Shown in pieces: positions 17,510-28,821 of a stretch of DNA of 64,000 nucleotides. Made by a program: the position numbers and the translations under genes. Location of the stretch: the NCBI GenBank assembly GCA_026400565.1, contig JAPLOV010000129.1:22736-86735 (forward strand), given 5' to 3'. The notes under the pieces were generated by a model that saw nothing but the letters and a program-made list of their open reading frames with translations, made no database searches and was not told the origin of the DNA. How positions within the stretch are numbered: position 1 is the stretch's first letter; the number at the start of each line of letters is the position of its first letter. The DNA is from Hyphomicrobiales bacterium. GTDB taxonomy: Bacteria > Pseudomonadota > Alphaproteobacteria > Rhizobiales > Beijerinckiaceae.

Positions 17510-18394
17510 TCAGGGCGGGGTCAGGACCAGCGTGTCGAGCAGTCCGATGCCGCCGGTGGGGCCGAGGCCGCGCCGTGCGATCGTGATCGGGGCCTCGTCT
17601 GCGGGGATGTCGATCAGATGCCAGCCCGCTGTCTCGCCATGGCCGCGCAGGCTCATCGAGCAGCAGGCTACGCCGACGACCGGCACGCGGGACTGCGGGC
17701 CGGAAAGCCAGGCCAGCGAGGTGCGGTGGTTGTGCCCGTGGATCACGAGATCCGCTCCGGCAGCGGCCAGCATGGCCTCGAACTGGCTTGCATCCTTCAG
17801 CTCGCGCCCGCGCTTGGCGCCGCCGACATGGGGCGGATGGTGGATCAGCACGACGCGCTTCAGTCCGCGCTTGCCGGCGTAGTGCAGCAGCATCTCCGCC
17901 TTGTCGGTCTGCTCCTGCCCGAGCCGGCCCCAGGCCATCAGGGGGCCGGTGGGCACAGCCGATGACAGGCCGATCAGCGCCACATGCCCGCGCACCTTGA
18001 GCCACGGAAAGCCCTCAGCGGCCTCGTCGCTACGGCACCATGGCTCCATGGCCACGCCGAGGGCGGCGAGGCTGGATGGCACATAGGCATCGTGATTGCC
18101 GGGCACGAAGCTGACATGGTCATGGCTGCCGAGCTTTTCCATGAAGGCCACGGCGCGGGGAAACTCGGAGGGCAGGCCGATATGGGCCAGATCGCCGGTG
18201 CAGGCCACATGGTCGGGCTTCTGTGCCGCGATGTCGGCCAGCATGCGTTCGAGAAGGGCCATGTCGTGGACGTGGCGGCGCGACCGCAGCCAGTTGGCAT
18301 AGCCGGTGGCGCGTTTGCCCATGAGCTCGCGAAGCCGTGGCCGCGGCAGCGGATTGAGATGCGGATCAGACAGGTGGGCGAGCGCAAAACCCAA
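17510..18394 (-). CDS. Metallophosphoesterase (calcineurin-like)
   Basis: HLSDPH, TGDL, PGNHD, HHPP, HGHNH. TTG start at 18394 assumed. Confidence 0.88.
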   Translation of the reverse strand: MGFALAHLSDPHLNPLPRPRLRELMGKRATGYANWLRSRRHVHDMALLERMLADIAAQKPDHVACTGDLAHIGLPSEFPRAVAFMEKLGSHDHVSFVPGNHDAYVPSSLAALGVAMEPWCRSDEAAEGFPWLKVRGHVALIGLSSAVPTGPLMAWGRLGQEQTDKAEMLLHYAGKRGLKRVVLIHHPPHVGGAKRGRELKDASQFEAMLAAAGADLVIHGHNHRTSLAWLSGPQSRVPVVGVACCSMSLRGHGETAGWHLIDIPADEAPITIARRGLGPTGGIGLLDTLVLTPP

Positions 18395-18509
18395 AACGTG
18401 ACCCCGGCTGGACAGATGGCTGGGCGGCAACGGAAAAAGCCCCGGAACGATCCGGGGCTTGGCCTTTCAGGCGCTGCACGTCAAGGTGCGGCGCGCGATG
18501 TGGCGCGTG

Positions 18510-18629
18510 TCAGCGAGCGTTGTCGGGCATCAGCTGGGACACGACCGTCGGATCGGTCATGGTCAGGGCCGGCTGCCAGACATAGGCCTTGGGAGCGGTG
18601 AACAGCGAAATGATCGAGGCGAGAAACAT
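18510..18629 (-). CDS. Small protein (39 aa) not listed separately in the ORF track
   Basis: MFLASIISLFTAPKAYVWQPALTMTDPTVVSQLMPDNAR; AAGGA 9 nt upstream of ATG; strongly G/C-ending codons. Confidence 0.6.
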   Translation of the reverse strand: MFLASIISLFTAPKAYVWQPALTMTDPTVVSQLMPDNAR

Positions 18630-18791
18630 CGGAGGCGGTCCTTGTGGTGAGCAGAAGACCCTTGCCGCCTGCTTCGACGTGGTGTCTATGCCATATTTAT
18701 GGTGCAATAATGGCATGCAAAATCCGAAACAGGTCTCTGATATGCGTTTTTCGCATGGCTTGCCCCGCTCGCCTCGACGTCTCGGAGGTGC

Positions 18792-19250
18792 ATGATGCAG
18801 CGTGGGCTGCAATGGCTGGCGCATCGCTGGTTCCTGATGACACGCGCGGTGACCCTCGGCGTCCGCGCCGTGGTGCTGGATTCCGACGGGCAGGTGCTGC
18901 TGGTCAAGCACACCTATACCCCTGGCTGGCATCTGCCGGGCGGCGGTGTCGAGGTCGGCGAGACAGTGCATGTGGCGCTCGGCAAGGAACTGGCCGAGGA
19001 AGCGGGTGTGACACTCCAAGGAACCTCGATCCTTCACGGCGTGTTCTTCAACGCGCGCATCAGCCGCCGTGACCACGTGGCCGTGTTCGTGGTGCGTGAT
19101 TTTGACTGGTCCGGCCCGCCCGAGCCAAACCGCGAGATCAGCGCCGCCCGGTTCTTCCCACTCGCTGGCCTGCCTCAGGATACGACCGAGGCGACACGGC
19201 GTCGCCTTGCCGAAGTGCTGGACGATGCCCCCGTGAGCGCGACATGGTAA
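18792..19250 (+). CDS. NUDIX hydrolase
   Basis: Nudix box GGGVEVGETVHVALGKELAEEAG. Confidence 0.88.
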   Translation: MMQRGLQWLAHRWFLMTRAVTLGVRAVVLDSDGQVLLVKHTYTPGWHLPGGGVEVGETVHVALGKELAEEAGVTLQGTSILHGVFFNARISRRDHVAVFVVRDFDWSGPPEPNREISAARFFPLAGLPQDTTEATRRRLAEVLDDAPVSATW

Positions 19251-19341
19251 TGTCACCGCGCGGCATGGCACCTTTTCGGCCAGGCCTGGTTGCGCTACGG
19301 CATCCGGCCTGCCGCAGCGCGTCTGCAAGCAGCATCCTGCC

Positions 19342-19869
19342 ATGAGTTCCGTCGCCTTCACCCTTCGCTCCGAATCCGCGCTTGACGACGAAGCCATCGA
19401 GCGGCTGCACGAGCGCGCCTTCGGTCCGGGCCGCTACGCCCGCACGGCCTTTCGCCTGAGGGAGGGGCATGGACCGGAGACTGCCGGCCAGCCATCCCGC
19501 TTCAGTTTCTCGGCCCATGTCGGGACACTCCTGGTGGGGTCGGTCCGGCAGTCACCGATCACCGCAGGCGCCGTGCCGGCCCTGATGCTGGGTCCGCTTA
19601 CGGTCGATCCGTCCTTCGAGGGCGTGGGCATTGGCGCTGCGCTGATGCGGCGTGCGCTCGGTGCAGCGCAGGAAGCCGGCGAGACGCTGGTGTTGCTGGT
19701 TGGCGACGAGCCATATTACCGGCGGTTCGGCTTTATGGTCATTCCGGAAGGCCAACTCATCCTGCCGGGCCCGGTCAATCCCAAGCGCTTTCTTGGGCTG
19801 GAACTGGCCGACGGAGTGCTGGCGCGCGCGCGCGGCCCGGTGCGGGCGCGGCAGGACAATCAGCCCTGA
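19342..19869 (+). CDS. GNAT N-acetyltransferase (YhbS-like)
   Basis: AFGPGRYARTAFRLRE, LGPLTVDP..EGVGIG, LVGDEPYYRRFGF. Confidence 0.88.
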   Translation: MSSVAFTLRSESALDDEAIERLHERAFGPGRYARTAFRLREGHGPETAGQPSRFSFSAHVGTLLVGSVRQSPITAGAVPALMLGPLTVDPSFEGVGIGAALMRRALGAAQEAGETLVLLVGDEPYYRRFGFMVIPEGQLILPGPVNPKRFLGLELADGVLARARGPVRARQDNQP

Positions 19870-21969
19870 TCAGGCTTGAGCCCTGCGCCGCCAACTGCGC
19901 GTGCCGCCTTCCCCGAGCCATCCGGCAATCAGCGCGCCCAGGATCAACGCCAGTCCGCCCAGCCCAAGAAACAGCGGTGAGAGTGACACTCCGCGGATGA
20001 TGCCGGAATCGGTGATCCTCAGGCCGATCCAGTCACCGCCAGCCAGGCGCGTGCCCGAGCGAACCGGCACGATCCGCGGCAGATCGACATCCGATCCCGC
20101 CTCGCGGCCGATGCGGCGCGAGGAGCCGCTGACGCTTTCTGCCACGGCGCGAAGGCGTGCCGGGTCGCTGAGCACTTCGGTGAACTCGCGCGGGTTGTCG
20201 CTGCCGACGCTGACGAAGGCGACGAGTTGGTCCGATTGCAGCCGGTGCAGCCCCAGTTCCGTGGCCTGAAGACGGGCGCTGAACAGGCCCGGTCTGTCGA
20301 GAGCCAGCGGCAGGGAGCGGGCCGCGCCTGACGGGCTGGTGATGGTCACCGCGCCGGGATTGTCGCCAAGGGTCTGGCGCTCGATCTCGACCGTGCGGCC
20401 GCGTGTGGCCGCGCGCAGGGCTTCCTCTTCAAGGCTGGGCTCCTTCATCAGCCAATGGCTGAGCCGGCGCAGCAGGTCGATGTGCGGGCCGCCTTCGCGG
20501 TAGCCGCGCGCCCAGAGCCAGGCATGGTCGGACAGGAACAGGCCGACACGTCCCTTGCCCTCGCGCGAAGTGATCAGCAGCGGCCGATCACCGGGGCCGG
20601 ACATCACCACGTCGCCTTCGCTGGCGCGGGCCGAGATCAGGCGCAGCCATTCGCCCCAGCGCGGTGGATCGACCTCCGAGCCGGCGAGGTCGCGGGTCAC
20701 TGGGTGGCGCTTGCCGCGATCCGTGATGCGGGCCTTGTAGGCTTCCTCGATGGTGCGGCCGTCGGGTTGCGCCGGCAGCACCGCAGCCAGAGGGGTGCGC
20801 GACAGCGTGGTGCCGGTTCCGGAGAATTCGGGGCCGGCCGCCACCATCAGCGCACCGCCCTCGCGGACATAGCGCACGATGTTCTCGAAGTAGACCATCG
20901 GCAGGATCGTCGTGTTGGCATAACGATCGAAGATGATCAGGTCGAATTCCTTGATCTTGGTCTGGAACAGGTCGCGCACCGGGAAGGCGATCAGCGACAA
21001 TTCGTTGATCGGGGTGCCATCCTGTTTCTCGGGCGGGCGCAGGATGGTGAAGTGCACAAGATCGATGTTCGCGTCCGATTTCAGCAGGTTGCGCCAGGTC
21101 CGTTCGCCGGCATGGGGCTCTCCCGAGACCAGCAGCACCCGCAGCTTGTCGCGTACGCCCTCGATGGTGACCACGGCGCGGTTGTTGGCGGTGGTCAATT
21201 CGTTGGACAGCGCGTCCGCCTCGATCTCGATCAGGTTCGGGCCGCCGCGATCGACGCGCACCGAAAGCTCCAGCGGCTCGCCGGTGCGGATGGCGCGTTC
21301 GATCAGCACCTCGCCATCTCGGCGCACCGTCAGCCGGCCGGTGCCCGTGCCGTTCTTCTCGTCGACCTTGAGGCGGATGTTGACCGTCTTGCCGACGATG
21401 CCAAAGCGCGGCGTGTCGATCAGCGTGACGCGGCGGTCGATCTCGGCGTCGCGCCCGGTGACGAGCGCATGCAGCGGGGCTTTCAGGCCCAGCGCCTGTG
21501 CCGCTGCCGGCATGTCGTGGACGATGCCATCGGTGATGAACAGTGCACCAGCCACGCGCTCGGCAGGAACATCGGCCAGGGTGGCGTTGAGCGCCTCGAA
21601 CAGGCGCGTGCCATCATTGGCGCCATCGCCATCTCCGACCTCGACGAAGCGCGGCTCGATCTGGGGGATGCTGGCCAGTTGCCGCTCCAGCATGGCGCGC
21701 GCGCGGGCCGTCTGCTCGGCGCGGTCTGACAGGCGGTTGGAGCCTGAGCGGTCGATGACCACGGCCACCACGTCCTTTCCAGGCTCGCGCGCCTCGCGCA
21801 CCAGCGACGGGTCGCCGAGCGCGAACAGCAGGGCCAGCAGCGCAAAGGCGCGCAGCACCCCGCGTCCCCGCTGGAGGGCGAGCGCGGCGCCGGCGGCGAC
21901 CAGCACCAGCAGCGCGAGGCCGGCCAGCAGCCAGACGGGCACGAGGGGGGCGAAGCTGAGCGAATACAT
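19870..21969 (-). CDS. Membrane protein with vWA-like and class I glutamine-amidotransferase-like domains (MoxR operon)
   Basis: VVIDRSGS, LFITDG, RVLLVSGEPHAGERTWRNLLKSD..DLVHFTILRPPEKQDGTP. Confidence 0.82.
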   Translation of the reverse strand: MYSLSFAPLVPVWLLAGLALLVLVAAGAALALQRGRGVLRAFALLALLFALGDPSLVREAREPGKDVVAVVIDRSGSNRLSDRAEQTARARAMLERQLASIPQIEPRFVEVGDGDGANDGTRLFEALNATLADVPAERVAGALFITDGIVHDMPAAAQALGLKAPLHALVTGRDAEIDRRVTLIDTPRFGIVGKTVNIRLKVDEKNGTGTGRLTVRRDGEVLIERAIRTGEPLELSVRVDRGGPNLIEIEADALSNELTTANNRAVVTIEGVRDKLRVLLVSGEPHAGERTWRNLLKSDANIDLVHFTILRPPEKQDGTPINELSLIAFPVRDLFQTKIKEFDLIIFDRYANTTILPMVYFENIVRYVREGGALMVAAGPEFSGTGTTLSRTPLAAVLPAQPDGRTIEEAYKARITDRGKRHPVTRDLAGSEVDPPRWGEWLRLISARASEGDVVMSGPGDRPLLITSREGKGRVGLFLSDHAWLWARGYREGGPHIDLLRRLSHWLMKEPSLEEEALRAATRGRTVEIERQTLGDNPGAVTITSPSGAARSLPLALDRPGLFSARLQATELGLHRLQSDQLVAFVSVGSDNPREFTEVLSDPARLRAVAESVSGSSRRIGREAGSDVDLPRIVPVRSGTRLAGGDWIGLRITDSGIIRGVSLSPLFLGLGGLALILGALIAGWLGEGGTRSWRRRAQA

Positions 21970-21972
21970 CGG

Positions 21973-24838
21973 CTATTGCCCCAATCGTTCGAGCAGGGCC
22001 GGCACATGCACCTGATCGGCCTTGTAGTTGCCAGTCAGGGCATACATCACAAGGTTGATGCCGCCGCGCAGCGACATCTCGCGCAGGCGCGGGCTCGATC
22101 CCTGCAGCGGGAACAGCGGTCCACCCCGGCGATCCGTGGCCCAGGCCGCGGCGAGGTCATTCGAGGTGATCACGATCGGGGAGACACCGTCGGCGGCGCG
22201 CGCCGGGCCGCGACCATCGGGCCCCGGCGGCGGCAACACCTCGACCCAGGTCTGCCCCCGATCATAGCGACCGGGAAAACCGTCGATCAGGTAGAAGGTC
22301 TTGGTCAGCACATGGTCGCGAGGGACCGGCTCAAGCTCCGGAACGTCGACAATCGAAAGCATCTGCTTGAGGTGGTCTGCCTCGGGCGTGGCGCGTCCGC
22401 TGCGCTGGGCATCGGCATCGCGCGTGTCGAAGATGACGAAGCCGCCGCCCTTCATGAAGGCATCAAGCCGGCGCATGGTTTCTGCGCCGGGCAGCGGCCT
22501 GCCAGCCACGATGGGCCAGTAGAGGATCGGGAACAGGCCAAGCTCGTCGCGCGAGGGATCGACGCCCACCGGCTCGCCCGGCTCAAGCGCCGTGCGGGTG
22601 GAGAGCGCCAGTGTCAGGCCTTCGAGCCCGGCCTTGCTGGTGTCGTCGACGCGGCGGTCGCCCGTCAGCACGAAGGCGAGGCGGGTCGTCGCCGCCGCCG
22701 CCACCTGCTCGCGCGGGACCGGCACGGCGTTGCCTTGAGCCGCTTCGGGCGGTGCCGCCTGCGCCTGAGCCGGGGCCTGGTGCCTGGGGCGGGGTCTGGG
22801 CTTTGGCCGGGCCGGCGTAAAGGCCGGCAGCCCCTGATGCCAGCACCGCCAGCAGCAGCGAGGCTGCCGCGGTGCGGGCCCGTGTCATGGCCTTCAGGCG
22901 GCCGCCGAGCCACAGGGTTGCCAGTGTGTCGGCGGCCAGCATCAGCAGGGCGAGCACCAAAAGCGGCGGCCTGAGATCGCGCGCCTGCGGGGCTTCGATG
23001 GCTCGCGTTGTGATGCCGCTGGCGGCGAAATCGATCGCGGCAGGGCGATCACCGGTTTTCAGGGTGTTGATGGCCAGCGTGGCGTTGCGCGGGCCGTAGA
23101 AGCCGGGCGGATGGGCATGCACCGCGCGGTCGGAATAGGTGCGCGGGACGGGGCGGGCGGTGGCCGGCGGGCTGCGGAAGGCACCCTGTCCATCCAGCAC
23201 CGTCACCGGCGAGACCGTCTCGACGCGGGCTTCGCCTGTCTGCCCGATATCGGCGGCGGCTGCACCCGCCAGCGCGACGATGCGCTTGAGCATGTCGACG
23301 AACAGGCCCGAAAGCGGCAGGCTCGACCAGGTCGTGTCGGCAGTGACATGGAACAGCACGACGAGGCCCGCCCCGCGGCGCTCGGCGGTGACGATCGGGG
23401 TGCCGTCCACCAGCGAAGCCCAGACCTTGCGGGAGAGTTCGCCGTCAGGTTCGGCGAGGATCTGGCGGGTCACGGACACCTCCTCGCGGGTGCTGAGTTC
23501 GGCGAAAGGGCCTTCGCGGTTGAAGGGTGCGAGGGTCTTGGGTGCATCCCATGACAGCGCGCCGCCAAGGCTCCTGCCGCCGCGGCGCAGGCGTACCGGG
23601 GTGAGATCATCGCTGGCGGCTGCCAGACGCGGGCCGGCAAAGCGCACCAGCACGCCGCCGCGCTCCATGAAAGCCGTGATCCGCGCCGTGGTATCCTTGT
23701 CGATGCCGCCGACATCGGCGAGCATCAGCACGGACAGGTTCTGGTCCAGCAACTGGCCGATCGGGTCGGAAATGCCGGGCCGGGGTTCGCGGATGTCCGC
23801 AAAGGGCCCCAGCGCGCGGGAGAGATAGTAGGTCGGCGACAGCAGTGGCTGGGCCACGTCTGCAGTGACGCCCGTGACCAGCCCGACGCGGCGGCGTTTG
23901 GCGCTGTCATCGACCAGCAGCACCGCGCCCGCCGAGCGCTCGCCGACGATCTCGATGCGTGTAACCGCGTTGCGGACCTCGATGGGCAGAGCGAACGAGG
24001 CCGTGATTTCCGTGGCCGGGGCCGGCAGCAGCGTCGTGGTTTCGCCCAGAACGATGCCGCGCTGGTCGCTGGCGCGCAGGTTCACGGTCGAGGGCGCACC
24101 CGGCTGGGCTCGGACGACGCGCACGTTGAGACTGTTGGCCAGATTCTCGACATCGGTGAGGAACAGCATGGTCGGCGCGCTGGCGGCATGGACCGTGACC
24201 CGGCCGTTGCGGGCCAGTTCGGTGAGACGGCGAGAGAAGGCGTCATCGGCTTCGAGGCGCATGCCATCGCTGATCCAGGCCACATCGGAGCCGGGTGCCA
24301 CGGCCAGCAGCGATTGCAGGTCGGCCAGATGGGCGTTGCGGTCCGGCATGTGCGGGCGCAGGGCCAGGGCGCGCAGGCGGTCTTCGGCTTCGGCCGGCGT
24401 GCCGAGCGCCATGCTTGAGGCTGGCTCGGCCAAACCGGCAAGGGCGACGGCGCGGCCGTCGCGTCCTGCGCCAGCAATCAGGCTTTCGGCCAACTGGACG
24501 CGTCCTAGCCAGTCCCGCGCGGATGCGGCGCCGTTGTCGACCAGCAGCACCAGCGGCTGGCGGCTGGCACTCTCCTGGCCGCCTTGCGGGTTAAACACGG
24601 GGCCGGCCACGGCCAGGATCACCAGTGCCGCGATCAACATGCGCAGCGCCAGCAGCCACCACGGGGTACGGGCCGGGGTTTCGCGCTTCGGCAGGAGGTC
24701 GGCCATCAGCTTCAGAGGCGGGAAGGCGATGCGCTGGGGGCGCGGCGGCGTGACGCGCAGCAGCCACCACAGGGCCGGCAGGGCCACGAGCCCTGCGAGC
24801 ACGATCGGGGCCATGAAGGAGAGCGGCAGGCCGAGCAT
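21973..24838 (-). pseudogene. BatA/DUF4159 membrane protein, split by an apparent frameshift near 22780
   Basis: 5' part (24838 to about 22781) has BatA-type LPALWWLLRVTPPRP..FPP; 3' part carries DUF4159 (TRLAFVLTGD..LYALTGNYKADQVH) in another frame. Homologues are normally one ORF (recalled). Confidence 0.7.
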
Positions 24839-24851
24839 CAGCGCATCTCCC

Positions 24852-25769
24852 TCAAGCCGCCCGCATGTCGCGGGATGAACTGATCAGCCCGGCAAGCCTG
24901 AGCGCTGTCTCGCTGGCATTGCGATCGGTGTGGTGCAGCGTGAAGGTCCAGCCCAGCTTGCGGCAGGCTCCGGCAATGGCATCGCGATGGGCGGCGATCC
25001 TGACCCGGTATTCCTTGCCCCAGGCGCTCGCATCCCCGACATCGAGCCTGAGGTCGCTTTCGAGATCGAGCAACTCGGCCTGCCCTGCGAAGGGGAAGCT
25101 TTCCTCGACCGGATCGATGATCATCACGAGGTGCCCGCGTCCGCCCTGCACGCCGATGTTGCCCAGCGCGGCGAGTACCTTGTCGAGGGGCGTCAGCCAG
25201 TCGCTGATCAGCACGGCTTCATCCAGCCGCCCGATGGCGCGGGCCGGCGGCAGGTCGGCATCCATGCCGGCCACATCGCAGGTAAGCTGCTCCACCAGCC
25301 GCTCGATGATGCGGCGGGAGGCCAGCGGACGGGTGAGACCCAGCAGGCCGACCCGCTCGCCGCCGTCGACGAGCGCATCGGCCAGCGCGAGTGCCAGCAC
25401 CAGCGCGCGGTCGACCTTGGGAGCTTGCGCCAGCGACGAGGCAAAACCCATCGAGGCGGAGCGGTCCGCCCACATCCAGATGGTGTGCGAGGCTTCCCAC
25501 TCGCGCTCGCGAACATAAAGCTTGCTGTCGCGGGCCGAGCGCCGCCAGTCGATGCCGGAACTGGCCTCGCCGGGTGTCAGCATGCGGTATTGCCAGAAGG
25601 TCTCGCCCGGCCCCGCCTTGCGTCGTCCGTGAACACCGTTGACGTAAGCCGAAACCCGCCGCGCCTCCAGGGCCAGCCGCGGCAGGCGATGCGACAGGGC
25701 GATGCCCTGCTCGCTATCGCGGGCTGACGGAGAACGCTGTCTTGGGGTGAGAACCGTGGTCTTGACCAT
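24852..25769 (-). CDS. DUF58 domain protein
   Basis: HGRRKAGPGETFWQYR, IDWRRSAR, LYVREREWE, DRSASM. Confidence 0.9.
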   Translation of the reverse strand: MVKTTVLTPRQRSPSARDSEQGIALSHRLPRLALEARRVSAYVNGVHGRRKAGPGETFWQYRMLTPGEASSGIDWRRSARDSKLYVREREWEASHTIWMWADRSASMGFASSLAQAPKVDRALVLALALADALVDGGERVGLLGLTRPLASRRIIERLVEQLTCDVAGMDADLPPARAIGRLDEAVLISDWLTPLDKVLAALGNIGVQGGRGHLVMIIDPVEESFPFAGQAELLDLESDLRLDVGDASAWGKEYRVRIAAHRDAIAGACRKLGWTFTLHHTDRNASETALRLAGLISSSRDMRAA

Positions 25770-25781
25770 ACGCGCGTGCCG

Positions 25782-26786
<1,005 letters not shown>

Positions 26787-26829
26787 GGCTTGGCTCCTCG
26801 TGCGAACAGGTCCCGGGTGGTCTCTATGT

Positions 26830-26865
26830 CTGCCATCTGGCCTGCCATCTGACCTGCCATCCGGC
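26830..26865 (+). repeat. 12-nt tandem repeat x3 upstream of moxR
   Basis: ctgccatctggc ctgccatctgac ctgccatccggc. Confidence 0.7.
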
Positions 26866-27177
26866 CCGCAAGCCAGCCTGACGGCCGCCTTGCGAAGGGC
26901 TTGCAGTCCAGATGTGAGCGGCGGACAGGTCGATCTGCCGTTCGGTGCGACCTGCTCAAGACGCGAGACGACATTGCAGGCCCCTTGTGGCAGATTGGCG
27001 GCAAATCGCCGACCCCGCAAGCAGGCGTCATGGCCAGTCCCCAGACAACATGTCGCTGTGGTGACGGAGCGCGAAGCTGGCGCGAAGCTGGAACGACTGC
27101 CAATCCCTTGTCATTGCGTGTAAGTAGACGGGCATTGGTGCGCGGCTTCAAGCCGCGAGCGGTGATCCGGGATCACA

Positions 27178-27846
27178 ATGACGAGAGAGCAGGCCCCCCT
27201 GAACGGACGGCAAGACATCGCAACGGCCAAGGTCGGCACGCCGCAGGGTGCCAGCGGCCTTGAGCGGCTGCTGCGCTCGCTCGATCAGGGCGCGAACCAC
27301 GGGCCGGATGCCTTGCCACGGCGCGGGCTGCCGCCTGTGGAACGCTGGAACCCGCCGTTCTGCGGCGAGATCGACATGCGCATCGCCGCTGACGGGCAGT
27401 GGTTCTACATGGGCACGCCGATCGGACGGCTCAAGCTGGTCAGGTTGTTTGCGTCCGTTCTGGTGCGGGAAGGCGATGCCTACAGGCTGGTCACGCCGGT
27501 CGAGAAAGTTGGCATCCGTGTCGATGACGCCCCGTTTCAGGCCGTCGAGATGGCTGCGGACGGGGAAGGTCCGACACTGGCCCTGTCGTTCCGCACCAAT
27601 GTCGACGATGTGGTGAGCATCGGCCCGGATCATGGCCTCAGGTTCGGGTGCGATGCGCGCGGCGGGCTTCGCCCTTATGTCCATGTCCGGCGCAACCTCT
27701 GGGCTCGCGTCACCCGCGCGCTGACCTATGACCTGCTGGCTCTGGGGGGCGTGGAGCAGCATGGCGGGCAGGCGATGTTCGGCGTCCGTGCCGGCGGAGT
27801 TTTCTGGCCTGCGGTGGCAGCCTCCGAGGTCGAGGATCCCGCGTGA
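27178..27846 (+). CDS. DUF1285 domain protein
   Basis: PPVERWNPPFCGEIDMRIAADGQWFYMGTPIGR, VTPVEKVGIRVDDAPF. Confidence 0.88.
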   Translation: MTREQAPLNGRQDIATAKVGTPQGASGLERLLRSLDQGANHGPDALPRRGLPPVERWNPPFCGEIDMRIAADGQWFYMGTPIGRLKLVRLFASVLVREGDAYRLVTPVEKVGIRVDDAPFQAVEMAADGEGPTLALSFRTNVDDVVSIGPDHGLRFGCDARGGLRPYVHVRRNLWARVTRALTYDLLALGGVEQHGGQAMFGVRAGGVFWPAVAASEVEDPA

Positions 27847-28511
27847 ACGCCTTCGAATTTGCTCGCTTCCGCCAGTTGGCCGGTCAGCATCTGCGCCGGG
27901 AAGAGCCGCAGCCCGGCGACCTGATCGCGCGGCCGCGATCCGATTTCGATCTCGATCAGCCCCTGCCAGCGGGCATGGGCCTGCCGTTGCCTGACGAGGT
28001 GTCGCTCAAGCCGGCGGCCGTGCTGGTGCCGGTTATCAACCGGCCCGGCGGCGCCACTGTCCTGCTGACGATGCGGGCGGCGGCGCTGCGCGACCATTCG
28101 GCGCAGATTGCCTTTCCGGGCGGCAAGATCGACGCTGGAGATGCCTCGCCGGTGGAAACCGCGCTGCGCGAGGCGGAAGAGGAGATTGGCCTGTCGCGCG
28201 CCCATGTCACGCCTCTGGGCTTCCTCGATGCCTACCTGACCGGCACCGGCTACCGGATCGTGCCTGTGGTGGCGGCGGTGGAGCCGGCTTTCGAGTTGAG
28301 CCTCAACCGGGGAGAGGTCGACGAGGCGTTCGAAACCCCGCTCGGTTTTCTGATGAACCCGGCCAATCACGAACGACATGGCCGCATCTGGAAAGGAAAC
28401 TATCGCAGTTACTATGCTATGGCCTATGCTGACCGCTACATTTGGGGTGCCACGGCGGGCATCTTGCGCAACCTGCATGACAGGCTGCTCGGTGCATCCC
28501 AAACGCCTTGA
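27843..28511 (+). CDS. CoA pyrophosphatase (Nudix, NudL-like)
   Basis: AAVLVP, LRDHSAQIAFPGG, ALREAEEEIGL, IWGATAGIL. Confidence 0.92.
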   Translation: MNAFEFARFRQLAGQHLRREEPQPGDLIARPRSDFDLDQPLPAGMGLPLPDEVSLKPAAVLVPVINRPGGATVLLTMRAAALRDHSAQIAFPGGKIDAGDASPVETALREAEEEIGLSRAHVTPLGFLDAYLTGTGYRIVPVVAAVEPAFELSLNRGEVDEAFETPLGFLMNPANHERHGRIWKGNYRSYYAMAYADRYIWGATAGILRNLHDRLLGASQTP

Positions 28512-28520
28512 AGGGCCGCC

Positions 28521-28790
28521 TTGATGTTCCGGATGATCCTCGACGATATCTTGCTGTTCTTCGTGCCCTTCATGCTGTTCGCCGGCTGGCTGGTGCTGAC
28601 AAGGCGCAATCCGTTCGACATCGCCCACTGGAGCGGCTGGAAATTCGGCCTTGCGGTCGCAGGCATCCTGCTGGCGATTGGCTCGATCCTGCTGGCAGGC
28701 CTGTCGTCCACCACCCATACGGGCGCCTATGTGCCGCCCTATGTCGAGAATGGCCGGCTGGTGCCGGGCCGTTTCATCGACAATCCCTGA
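28521..28790 (+). CDS. Small membrane protein (DUF6111-like)
   Basis: Two TM segments and C-terminal YVPPYVENGRLVPG; sits between the CoA pyrophosphatase and cca. Confidence 0.75.
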   Translation: MMFRMILDDILLFFVPFMLFAGWLVLTRRNPFDIAHWSGWKFGLAVAGILLAIGSILLAGLSSTTHTGAYVPPYVENGRLVPGRFIDNP

Positions 28791-28821
28791 CAGCCGGAAG
28801 CGCGCCGTGGCAGCCGAGGCG

